From Utricularia gibba (lineage: Eukaryota; Plantae; Magnoliophyta), in contig CM007989.1 of the NCBI GenBank assembly GCA_002189035.1, forward strand, positions 124,001 to 188,000: a stretch of DNA of 64,000 bases, read 5' to 3'. The notes under the pieces are model-generated. The model was not told the origin of the DNA. It worked only from the letters and a program-made list of their open reading frames with translations, and searched no databases. The position numbers and the translations under genes were made by a program. Shown piece by piece: positions 1 through 10,870 of the stretch. The stretch's first letter is position 1; every line of letters starts with the position of its first letter.

Positions 1-174
1 CTTTTTTCTAAGACGCTAGTAGGATTAAAAAAAATAAGCAATTGGGCAGCCACCCAGTTCCGAAATTCTCAATCTTGCGGACCCCAACATTACCCCTACG
101 CTAATTACGACGAATTGGGGGAGAGATATCTCGCAAGTAAACAATGAAGTAACCTGGTACCAACGAAAACCTAC

Positions 175-397
175 CAGCACAGGTCTTCTCCTTGATCAAT
201 TTGTAAATTAGAACAGATATCCCAATGGAGTGCACAATCTCCGCAACCACGAAGAGATTATCATGATCGTGGACGATGGCTCGTAGAAGAACAAGAGTAA
301 ACATGCCGGCGATAACGGCGAGAAACGCCTTCATCTTCGGCGGCTGCCGCTTAACCCACGCAGTTGCGGCACGTACCGGCTTTCTCAAGGGGCTCAT
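175..397 (-). CDS. ER lumen protein-retaining receptor family (ERD2-like), first coding exon only; the gene runs off the left edge
   Basis: MSPLRKPVRAATAWVKRQPPKMKAFL...HDNLFVVAEIVHSIGISVLIYKLIKEKTCAG matches the ERD2-like N-terminus. GT donor at 174 (GCTG|GTAGG). Confidence 0.9.
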
Positions 398-1045
398 CTC
401 GTAGATCCGGCGGCTTGTGAAACCTGGAAAGAGCCGAGAACCCGGGATAATTTGGCAGCAGGAATGACCGATTAAGCACGGGGGGTGGATACCGCGGGCT
501 TGCCCCCCTGGGCTTTCTGGTTGGCCCAGTCAGCCCATTGTTCGACACAAGTATCAACTCAAAACCAAAAAACGATTTTGAAAAAGGAAGTGGTTACTGT
601 GATCTGTCGTTGCCAATCGTCTTGTCAAACAGTGAAAGAAAGGTACACATCACCTGGCCAATTTTATCTACGACTCAACTAACGCCCACCCAGAAGGCCA
701 GACTGGTTCAATTATTATTTTTTTTCTAGAGAAATAAAAGAAGGTAATTGAAAATTGAATTTTGAGAATCACATGAGCATGGTTCATCCTTGTTTGTCTT
801 TCATTTGGTGCGCTAGTGGGTGCAGTGTGGTGTCCATTGAATTTATGGCCATGTGAAGTGGAAGGGGGCGATGTTTTTTAGCCTCATCCCAAGGGCAAGG
901 TGATAAGATGGAGGCCTTTTGGCGTTTCCGTGGTCACCAGTGAATGCGCCATGAGTGTCAGTCAAATGGGATGGATGGTTATTAGGTAGGGGAGGTTCAC
1001 CTAAGAATGTAATCAGTTGAATTACGTTTCTTTTTTATTAGAGAA

Positions 1046-1070
1046 GAGCTGGAGCTGGAGCTGGAGCTGG
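1046..1070. repeat. (GAGCTG)4 microsatellite
   Basis: Read directly from the sequence. Confidence 0.9.
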
Positions 1071-1413
1071 TGCAGCCTGTGCCTGCTGGTCCTTATGAAT
1101 TACGTGGTTGAGCCTGTCTGGTCTTCGCGGGTTTCCTTCTTTTTCCTGTGTTGTTGTGTTGCGTGCCATTGGAAAGAAAGAAAGGATGATGAAGTGAAGT
1201 AGTGCAGTGTTGGTAATAGTGAATTGTGATAATGATGGGTGCATGTGGGATGCGTCTAGGAAGGGGCAGGGCGCATGTGCATGTGAGAGATATTTGACAT
1301 CAACATGGTCTTCCGGCTTTGCTCCCAATCGGGTCAATAAAAGATGCGTCATGTGTGCCCCCACCCACCCTCGCTTCGCCTAGCCTTCAACATGCATTGT
1401 ATTGTGTATGCGC

Positions 1414-1443
1414 GGCTCGGCTCGGCTCGGCTCGGCTCGGCTC
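1414..1443. repeat. (GGCTC)6 microsatellite
   Basis: Read directly from the sequence. Confidence 0.95.
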
Positions 1444-3122
1444 ATGGGGCGGGGCATCGCCATGCCATGCCCCTTGCCCTACTCAACTGCCACCACATGC
1501 ACGTTATTGGTTTGGGGGCTCCCTCGTCCTTGGCAGGCTCCGCTCCAAACAACATGTGGTGGGCGTCTAATCCAATCGGATTCTCCGCTGAACTTGGACC
1601 ACACATAAAGACGTGTGTCATCTGTGTGTGTGTGTGCATCTGTGTGTGTGTGAGGGAGGGAGGGAGGGAGGGAGGGAGGTTCCGTTTCGTCGAAACACTC
1701 ACTAAAAGGCAGGTTGAGCTAGCTGCATAGGGTTTCGCCCTATCGGGCCGGGTTGGATTACTCTTGGGCGGGCTACTGCTGCTGTATTTGTCGTGGACGC
1801 CAATGGTGTGTTTGAATGCAGTTAAATACGTCATCCACTTTTGTCGAGGAAGAGACGAGGCTAGACACACCTGTGTCGGCCTCTGGACTAGTAGCCGTTT
1901 CTTTCTGTGGCCCGGGCCCACCCGCCCCCACCGAAACCCCCAACAGTTGAAGAAGAATTCCTCGTGTATGCTGCTCCCTCCCAGCCCCAGGGCCAGGGGC
2001 GGCGGCGGGGGTTGGTGCGCCTCAGTTTCTCACCTACTGGGATGAGACATTGGAAACTGGAAACCAAATCCAAATCCAACCCCAACTCAACGGAAGATGC
2101 ATGAATAGACAGACAGATAGGGGCCCGATAGGGGAGGGAGGGACTCTGGACTGTGTCTCTCTTCCTCGGTCTGAGCCCTCTAGAAGAAGCCTCCGAGGAA
2201 AACGCACCAACCGCATCCGCGATATTCATTTTCGGGGGGGGGGGGGAAAGTAGAACCGGTCTGGGGATAATTCTACCCTGGGTAGGTGCTCCCCTTCCAC
2301 ACCACACAGAAATGTCTGTCGACTACTCTGGTGGAATTAAAATAAAAGCAAAAAGAAAAGTGAACGCGTGCGTGCGTGCATATCCATCCTATGGATCGGA
2401 TCACACACACTCCGCAGTGGATGCAGGCAGCATTACAATTATTGTTGTTCAACACCAGATACGATAATTAAGGGTCATTTTCCACCACTTTATTATGCGC
2501 GAGCGAGGAAGTTGACGACTCCCTGCATCTGAATCCAGAGAGAGACACACCATTTGCGTCTGCCTGTGCTGGTTTGGTTGTTTGAGAGTTTAAAAAGTCG
2601 GTAGCAGGATGATAAGCATCCAACAGTGTGCTGGGGTGGAAAGCCATGGTGCTCGAATCTTCCTTCTCCCTCTGCCGGGGATGACTCTTCCAATTCCAGC
2701 TCAACCTGCACGCACACGAGCACCTGGGTCAATTTGGGTGGCGTTTTTTCAGCGTCGAAATGTCTGAAATAGGTAGCATTACGCAGCCCGCCGCGTTTGA
2801 GTGCATTCCTAATTCCCCTCCAGGTGATCGGTGTGCACATGCCAATTGTGAACGCATCATCCAACAACAAAATCACAACAACCGCCAACACCCAAGTGGC
2901 AACGCAAACACACATACACAGAGTCTATCGATCCATCTCACGTCACCCCACCCTTTCGACCCTCTTTCCTTTTTTTCTTTTTCGAATAAAATAACAATCC
3001 GAGTTTTGGTTGTTTCGTGGAGTCCTAATGGAAGGTGTCAAGCGTGTGAAAGTGGCACGAGATCAGATCAGAAAATTAGGTCTAGGCTAATTTGGGTCCC
3101 ACCACGCCATCCCCCCCACCTC

Positions 3123-3129
3123 TATAAAA
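3123..3129 (+). promoter_or_regulatory. Probable TATA box of the ADC gene
   Basis: TATAAAA followed by a CT-rich leader-like tract, about 500 nt upstream of the ADC ATG. Confidence 0.65.
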
Positions 3130-3265
3130 GGGGCCGCTGCCTCTCATGCAATTCCTCGCTCACTTGCTTCTTCCCATCCCTAGAACCATCCATCCACACG
3201 TCGTCTCCGCCGCTTCTTCTTCCCCTCGTTTCTCTCTTTTTTTGCTTCGATTCTCGGACACCTGC

Positions 3266-3304
3266 ATGCTGGGGTTCCTCTTCATCTCTGAGAATTACGC
3301 CTAA
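3266..3304 (+). other. 12-codon uORF (MLGFLFISENYA) in the ADC 5' leader
   Basis: ATG at 3266 and TAA at 3302-3304, between the TATA box and the main ATG. Confidence 0.5.
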
Positions 3305-3443
3305 TTCTGATTCTTCCGCCCCTCCCCAACCTTTCTTCTATTTTTCTCTTCGTCTGAAAGGGTAGGCGTGGGGATTTCGGGTTCCTGTAAGCGCGGTGGT
3401 GGCTACAGAATTGTTGTGACGCAGATCTATTCCTGCTTCGTTT

Positions 3444-3490
3444 GAGGGGGTAGCCGGGGCTCCGGCCTCGGCGGGTTTCAAAGCCCCCAC
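3444..3490 (+). promoter_or_regulatory. GC-rich structured element in the ADC 5' UTR
   Basis: GAGGGGGTAGCCGGGGCTCCGGCCTCGGCGGGTTTCAAAGCCCCCAC forms a GC island with several complementary blocks in a pyrimidine-rich leader. It resembles a box I recall from other plant ADC leaders. Confidence 0.6.
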
Positions 3491-3623
3491 CTATACAACC
3501 GCCGTTCAAATTTCGATTCTTTTTTTTAGCCTCCTAATCAACTTTTTTCTTCCGCCAATTTTGTTGATTCTTTGTTTCATCCCCCTCGAGAGAAGAATAC
3601 GCAGATCCTAGGTCGGGGAGGAG

Positions 3624-5759
3624 ATGTCTGCCCTCGCTTGCTGCGTGGACTCTGCCGTTTCGCCACCTCCCTGCGCTTTCGCGACCTGGGAAACCACCCT
3701 TCCCGCTCCCCCGCAAACCGCCACCTGGTCAACCCTCCATTCCTCGTTGCTCTACCGTGTTGATTGCTGGGGTGCGCCCTACTTCACCGTTAATTCCATC
3801 GGTAACGTCTCTGTTCGCCCTTATGGCGTTAAAAGCCTTGCTCACCAAGAAATCGATCTGCTTAAGGTCGTTAAGAAGGCCTCCGACCCGAAATCTTCTG
3901 GCGGTTTAGGCCTGCAGTTTCCTCTTGTTATTCGATTCCCTGATGTGCTAAAGAATCGTCTTGAATCTCTCCAGTCCTCTTTTGACTGTGCTATCCAATC
4001 CCAAGGCTATGAGTCTCACTATCAGGGTGTTTTTCCTGTGAAATGCAATCAAGATAAATTTGTGGTCGAGGATATTGTTAATTTCGGCTCGGGTTTCCGT
4101 TTCGGGCTGGAAGCTGGATCAAAACCTGAGCTCCTCTTGGCCATGAGCTGTTTATGCAATGGAAGCCCTGAAGCGCTGTTGGTGTGCAATGGTTTCAAGG
4201 ACATGGAATACATTTCTCTTGCTTTGGTGGCTCGAAAGATGCATTTGAATACTGTCATTGTACTCGAGCAAGAGGATGAGCTTGATACTGTGATCATTGC
4301 AAGTAAGAAACTTGGCATCCGCCCCGTGATCGGTATGCGTGCTAAACTGAGAACCAAGCATTCGGGGCATTTTGGTTCTACCTCTGGTGAAAAGGGCAAA
4401 TTTGGTTTGACGACAACACAGATTCTACGGGTTGTTAAGAAGCTGCAGCAGCATGAAATGCTGGATTGCTTGCAGCTGCTCCATTTCCACATTGGATCGC
4501 AGATCCCGGATACCGCTCTACTTTCTGCCGCAGTTAGCGAAGCTTCCCAGCTTTACTCTGAGCTTGTTCGCCTCGGTGCTTCAATGAAAATCATTGATAT
4601 CGGCGGAGGCCTTGGGATTGATTACGATGGCTCAAAATCTGTTGATTCTGAAATCTCTGTTGGATACACCCTGCAACAGTATGCTTCTGCTGTTGTACAA
4701 GCAGTTCGTGTTGTTTGCAATAGCAAGGGCGTCAAGCATCCAATAATTTGCAGTGAAAGCGGTCGGGCGATCGTTTCACATCATTCCATCTTGGTGTTCG
4801 AAGCTTTTTCAGCTAACCATGTTCAATCTCCACAGATTTCCCCAGTTGATATTCAGTATTTTCTGGGAAATCTAACTGATGATCTGCGCTCTGACTACGA
4901 GAATTTGTGTGCTTCAGCGTTTCATGGTGAGTTTGATAAATGCTTGATTCACGCTGAGCAGCTGAAGCAACGATGTGTTGATCAGTTCAAAGAAGGGCGT
5001 TTGGGAATCGAACAGCTTGCTGCTGCAGATGGACTTTGCGAGTTGCTGTCCAAGGCGATGGGTGTTTCTGATGCAGTTGCTACTTACCACGTGAACCTTT
5101 CGATTTTCACTTCGATTCCTGATTTCTGGGCGATCGGGCAGTTGTTCCCCATCATTCCTATCCACAGACTGAATGAAAAGCCATCTATTAGAGGGATTTT
5201 ATCGGATTTGACGTGTGACAGTGATGGGAAGATCAACAAGTTCATCGGGGGTGAATCGAGCTTGCCACTGCATGAACTGGGTGGCAGCGATGGTGGAGCT
5301 TACTACCTTGGAATGTTCTTGGGTGGGGCTTATGAGGAGGCCATCGGCGGGCTGCACAACTTGTTCGGCGGTCCGAGCGTGGTGCGTGTGAGGCAGAGTG
5401 ACGGACCGCAGAGCTTCGCGGTGGTGAGCGCCCTTCCGGGTGCGTGTTGCAGCGACGTCCTCCGTGTGATGCAGTACGAGCCCCAGTTGATGTTCCAGAC
5501 TCTGAAGCACAGGTTGGAGGAGTCCTCGGGGAGCAGGGATGAGGACTGCGCGATCGCGGATGGCATCGCGTGCTGTTTCAGTAAGATGCCGTATCTAACG
5601 TCGGCAGACTCTTGCAGCCTGACTGCTGCTGTTGGCGGTGCTCGTGGTGGCATTGGCAATGATAACGGTTACTACGATTTCAGCGATGATGGGTTCGAAT
5701 CTTCCTCCGGTGGCGACGCCGCGGAGGAGGAGCAGTGGTCGGCTTTCTGTGTGGCTTGA
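3624..5759 (+). CDS. ADC: Arginine decarboxylase (intronless, 711 aa)
   Basis: [10 protein letters not shown]-terminus, FPVKCNQ (PLP lysine), [57 protein letters not shown]. Confidence 0.98.
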   Translation: MSALACCVDSAVSPPPCAFATWETTLPAPPQTATWSTLHSSLLYRVDCWGAPYFTVNSIGNVSVRPYGVKSLAHQEIDLLKVVKKASDPKSSGGLGLQFPLVIRFPDVLKNRLESLQSSFDCAIQSQGYESHYQGVFPVKCNQDKFVVEDIVNFGSGFRFGLEAGSKPELLLAMSCLCNGSPEALLVCNGFKDMEYISLALVARKMHLNTVIVLEQEDELDTVIIASKKLGIRPVIGMRAKLRTKHSGHFGSTSGEKGKFGLTTTQILRVVKKLQQHEMLDCLQLLHFHIGSQIPDTALLSAAVSEASQLYSELVRLGASMKIIDIGGGLGIDYDGSKSVDSEISVGYTLQQYASAVVQAVRVVCNSKGVKHPIICSESGRAIVSHHSILVFEAFSANHVQSPQISPVDIQYFLGNLTDDLRSDYENLCASAFHGEFDKCLIHAEQLKQRCVDQFKEGRLGIEQLAAADGLCELLSKAMGVSDAVATYHVNLSIFTSIPDFWAIGQLFPIIPIHRLNEKPSIRGILSDLTCDSDGKINKFIGGESSLPLHELGGSDGGAYYLGMFLGGAYEEAIGGLHNLFGGPSVVRVRQSDGPQSFAVVSALPGACCSDVLRVMQYEPQLMFQTLKHRLEESSGSRDEDCAIADGIACCFSKMPYLTSADSCSLTAAVGGARGGIGNDNGYYDFSDDGFESSSGGDAAEEEQWSAFCVA

Positions 5760-7086
5760 TTCCGTCCGGTTTCTTGTTGTTGTTGTTGTTGCGTTTCTTC
5801 CCTTGGGGTATTTTTGCTGGGTCCAAGTTTCCTCCATCCAGCAAGGAGTTGTCGTGTGGTGTCGAGTCGTGGGGGATTGTGAGCTCGCGGGCTCCATCCT
5901 CTTTTACAAAAGAATCGAGTGTATGGCGATTCCCTTGAAGAGCAATGCGAATCAATTCCCTCTTTAAAGGATTTGATGGGCCGTCGAGCACGTACCACCC
6001 CGAGCCCGGCCCGGGGGGGAGAAACACGTGTCGCACGCACGCACGCACATACCCTTGGCACGACGGCGGTATGATCGCCATCCATCTATCCATCCATCTT
6101 CCGGCTTCATTCTCGGAGCATCAACGGAAAATCCGCTGCACGGTGAAAGCAGGAAGAAAATGCGATACTGGTTGCGCCTGATAGGATATCTCGAGATGAA
6201 CCCAGAACCAATGTAAACCCAGACTAACCAATCTCCTAAACTTGCAAGAAAATGAGTTGAGAGGGACGATCAGAACACACAGATTTTTAACGAGGAAAAC
6301 CCAATTGGGAAAAACCTCGGGTGCTTCCACACCAGGACGAAAAACTCTCCACCACTATCACCGCAATATTACAGGAACAATATCAGTTCCAAACAAGATT
6401 CAGAATCTGGCAATCACAGCATGATTCTTAATCTATTCTAGCATAGTAGCCGCTGCACCCGAGTCAAAGCACCTATGCATGAGCGCTGCGTGAGAGCCTC
6501 AGAACGTTGATCGTCCTTCTCCAGATCTCGTCTATATCTTCGAATAAAGGATGGTGTGTTCTTTTGTACTCGAGTAGTCCAGCTTGTTGAAACCGTAGCC
6601 TTCCCCTGTATCCAGCGTCAGTGCAGAAATCATAATCGTTGACAGTTATCCTCAGCAGGTCGAGTCCTTGGATGGGTCAGCTGGATATGGGCCTGTTCGA
6701 CCCATATGGAGATGAGACGGCCCACTACAGCGCCACAATTGTTAACTTGCCCCGAATGGCTGCCTGAATAACAACTAGATTCTCGCAACAGAGGGCTGGA
6801 GCGCGTGCTGGTTGATGGCTCTTTTCTTCTTCTTTCTTTTGTATTGACCTGAAAACGGCCACTTTTTCTTTGGCTCAGCAGCCTGGTTTTTTTAATTATT
6901 ATTATTGACGTCACGATGCGCGTGTCTAACCGTGTTGGGCTCAGGCCCAAAAAACAAAGCTCAATCTATCCAGGCCCGTTAGCTTGGACGAACTTCCATT
7001 TTGTCTCCATCCATGTGGAGCATAGCCACTTCACGCTCCGGATCTTGCATTCTTCTCTCCTCCCAGGAGCTTTTGCTGGATCCAAA

Positions 7087-9364
7087 ATGGAAGCCATTAG
7101 AAAGCAGGCTTCAAGATTACGGGAACAAGTTGCGAGGCAGCAGCAGGTGCTTCTCTCTCTTTACTTTCTTATGCGCTATTACGTTGTTCTATTGCTCGAT
7201 TTCTTGGATTACGATTTTGTTTTTTAGTTCGATCGGACCGTCCAACAACTCCCGGGGTCCGGGCTGTTCTGGATCCGATATGAATCGTGCAGCATTTTCG
7301 TGTTGTTTTTGCATCCGAGACTAGGTCGTCAGTCTTTCCTGATCGGCACCGATTTCCAGTTTCATGTCGATCACAATTTTGGAGCGTGCTCTTCTTTAAA
7401 TTTTGATGTTTACTTCTTGTTTCCGTTCGCAATTGTGTTCATTATATTGCTTCCACACAATTATTACCATATGCGTCTTGCTTATGCGTATAATATACAA
7501 ATTTTATAGGCAGTGCTAAAGCAGTTTGGAGCGTACGGTGGTTCCGATGGGGTTGCATCGGACGATGCTGAGATTAGGCAGCACCAGAATCTTGAAAAGT
7601 TGTACATATCTACTCGTGCTGCCAAGGTTTTTCCATCCGACTCACATTCAAATTCTAGTTAATTCCTTATCACGATATGTGTATTTTCAGTAAACAATCT
7701 TTTTTCTACTTTTGGTTTGCCCCCTTGTGCAGCATTTTCAAAGGGATATTGTCCGTGGTGTTGAAGGTTATATAGTGACAGGTTCCAAACAAGTTGAGAT
7801 AGGTATCCACTGGGGAATTGAATCTTGATTTTGCCCCCTTCATGAGTTTTGGGAGTTTATCTCACTTTTTAACTGATATAATTCCATGCCTCCTAATCTT
7901 TGTCAATGTCTCTCAGGTACTAAATTATCAGAAGATAGCAGAAAATATGGCAGTGAAAATACTTGCACCAGTGGCAGTACACTATCAAAAGCTGCATCAA
8001 GTTTCTCAAGAGCGTGTGCTCTAATGGAGAAGGAACGTGGAAATCTGTTGAAAGCTTTAGGCACCCAGGTTATAGACCATAGTGTGGTGTAGCTTTCTCG
8101 AAATCTGATCTTCGGTTGCTTGATTAAACAAAATGATTTTTTAGGTTTCTCTTTCAATCACAAGGTCTTGTCTCATGCTATCTAGGTGGCTGAACCATTA
8201 AGAGCTATGGTAATGGGTGCCCCCCTCGAGGATGCTCGCCATCTTGCACAAAGATATGATAGGATGAGGCAAGAGGCTGAAGCTCAGGTTATATCTCTTA
8301 TAGTTAATTTTGTGCTTATTAATCTGCATTACCAGATGCATCTCTCAGCTGTAAGTAGGTATGAGCGAAGGCTGCAACCCTGAGGGTGCTCCTCATCTCC
8401 TATTTTGCTGAATTTTTAACCTAGGTAGGCTGTTGAAGTTGCTAGAAGACAAGCCAAGTTAAGAGAAGGTGTTCCTCATCCTGAGATGGCGGTGAAACTT
8501 GAAACAGCAGAAATCAAGTTGCAGGACCTGAAGGCTAATGTGGCCACTCTGGGAAAAGAGGCCGCAGCTGCCATGGCTGCTGTTGAAGCTCAGCAGCAAA
8601 GGTTGACCCTGCAAAGGCTGATAGCAATGGTATGCGTTCTTCCTCCAGAACGGTCGGATAGAATCAATATCCTGAACCAAAATTTACTTATTCATTATGT
8701 TTTTTGAAGGTTGAAGCCGAGAGAACATACCACCAAAAAGTTCTTCAAATACTTGACGAGCTTGAAGGGGAGGTACATGATTGATATCTATTGAATTCGG
8801 GCATTCTTATTTCGTACACAATTTGATCATTTACTGAACGATATGTTACTATTATGCTTTTTTTTTCCAGATGATGTTAGAGCGCCATAGGATAGAGGCA
8901 GCTCCCACTCGGATGCCAGAAAGTGCACCACCACCTCCATCGTACGATGAAGTAAGTAGTTCACCTACGTCGCCTGTGCAGAATGGATCAACTGATGGCA
9001 TGGGCTACTTTCTTGGGGAGGTAAAATCTCTTGGCTTCAAACAATATGCCTCGCATTTCCGAAGATCTTGGTTTCCATCTCCTCTTCATTCTTGGATGTA
9101 GGTTATGTATTCTTATCAGGGTGAATCTGACGTGGAGCTTACGTTAACCGTAGGGGACTATGTTGTGGTCCGAAAGGTTGTCTCTAGTTCTACAAGGATC
9201 TCGAAATACATACATCTTTTGCTGATGATACCAAATGTTTTCCCCAGGTTGTAAATAATGGCTGGGCTGAGGGTGAGTGTAGAGGCAAAGCTGGCTGGTT
9301 TCCATTCGCATACATCGAGCAGCGAGACCGTGTTCTAGCAAGCGAGGTAGTTGGAGTTTTCTGA
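7087..9364 (+). CDS. SH3P2: BAR/SH3 domain protein SH3P2-like, 10 exons
   Basis: MEAIRKQASRLREQVARQQQ start, AEPLRAMVMGAPLEDARHLAQRYDRMRQEAEAQ, C-terminal SH3 (GWAEGECRGKAGWFPFAYIEQRDRVLASEVVGVF*). All nine introns are GT-AG. Confidence 0.95.
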
Positions 9365-9922
9365 ATTGTGTTTTGTTGCCTGGTTTAGATATATTTGTAG
9401 CTTGTCAGTCCTCGCGATATTCTTGCTAGAGGCTTTTTATTTTATTTTATTTTTTTCGACCTACAAAAAGAAAAGGGGGAGCTGGCGGGGCTACCCTCTG
9501 TGATATATACATGCCCCATATCTGCACGTGTATGACGTATCGTTCCCTCGTGATCCAATGTTGGTGTTGCCTCTCTAGTTCCTCGGGTGAGCGTCTCTAA
9601 GGATAAAGTCGGGCGTATTATGAGGTTAGAAACAGCTGGGTGGAGAGGCAGCCTACAATCGTTTGACACCTACCAGCAGTTTTCTTGTTCATGACCACTT
9701 TCTGTGTTTAGGCCATCCCTTGTGATGGAGGTGCCAGCCACAATGGATGCATTTTATTTTGTGAATCGCACACGACGACATTCCGATGAAGACAGACAGA
9801 CGGACAGACGGGCAGGCAGATAGACAGACACAGAGAAATCAACAGCAGTCACGACGAGTGACTTGCGAGTCTCGTTTATTCGTGGCCACGCGACCAGCCG
9901 CTGCTGCTAATGCGTTTGGAGG

Positions 9923-10245
9923 TCAACAGCAATAGAGACACATGGGGCTACCCCTGAAAACGACGGGGCGGCAGCAGCGGCGGTTGCCGCAGTGCACGCC
10001 TTGATCCAGCACCTGCTTCGTGGTTTCAAGTCCCTTGAGCTGGGTGATGTCTCCACTGAGCTTCTCCCCAAATGTGGCATGAGCTGATGAGGAAAATAGC
10101 ATGCATGTATGTGGCGGGCGACATGAGAGAAAAAAAAAGACTTGAAGATGTGGTGCTTACCTGCAGAGGCCTGGGAGGAGGAGGAGATGGCGGCGAGGAG
10201 GAGAATGGCAGCAAGCAGAAGCGGAAGCGGCTTGGAGAAGGCCAT
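9923..10245 (-). CDS. Small secreted Cys-rich peptide (81 aa), GRP3/class-II glycine-rich-protein-like architecture without a Gly tract
   Basis: Exon 1 (10245-10161) encodes signal peptide MAFSKPLPLLLAAILLLAAISSSSQASA. Intron 10160-10084 (GTAAGC...CATCAG). Exon 2 (10083-9923) gives AHATFGEKLSGDITQLKGLETTKQVLDQGVHCGNRRCCRPVVFRGSPMCLYCC*. Confidence 0.8.
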
Positions 10246-10870
10246 GTTGTGTGGAGATAGCCATGTCGTGGGTGCTTCTCCTCTATTTATGGAGTGCGTT
10301 GGGGGTGAGGCGGCGCGGGTGATATCCATCTATCTATCTCTCCAGCATCCACGTGAGCTAAAATAATTGTGTTGATATTCAAATGTGGCGGGCAGCGGCC
10401 TATTCATCTCTTATCTGTTTTTGGACTGGCTTGCTGGAGATGGAAAGGAATGGAATACATACCGCACACCGGGAATTATTGCATTTTTTATATTGGAATC
10501 CAGAGAAGAATGCGACAGACATGCTTGACGTGGAAGATGGAGGGATAAGGGGAGATGTAGTATGTTATAGTGGTATGGTATGCATGCATCATATTTTTTA
10601 TTTATCTTCTCCCCATCCACCTCACTCAAACCTACAGTCCTCTCATTTTAGCACCAGATGGGATCCCTCCTGGGGAAGATCATTCACTGCGGAAGGACTA
10701 TAAACAACTCCCCTTTATTAGGATTGGATTGGATCGGCCTTCTCATGTGCTGCTTATGTAATGTCATGTGTGGAATCACTTGCTTGAACAAACAATATAC
10801 TTTATTGTGCGTTTGAGTGATTCAGGTCTGGCGGGCTGACCTGCCTGCCTCTGCCAAATGTGGTCTTCTC

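Noticed and set aside
3146-3265. In-frame upstream ATG extending the ADC uORF to 52 codons
   Set aside because: Only about 20 nt after the TATA box, so probably upstream of the transcription start.
2760-3365. 201-aa ORF upstream of ADC
   Set aside because: Starts at a TTG-type codon, spans the ADC promoter and leader, and has low-complexity composition with no recognisable domain.
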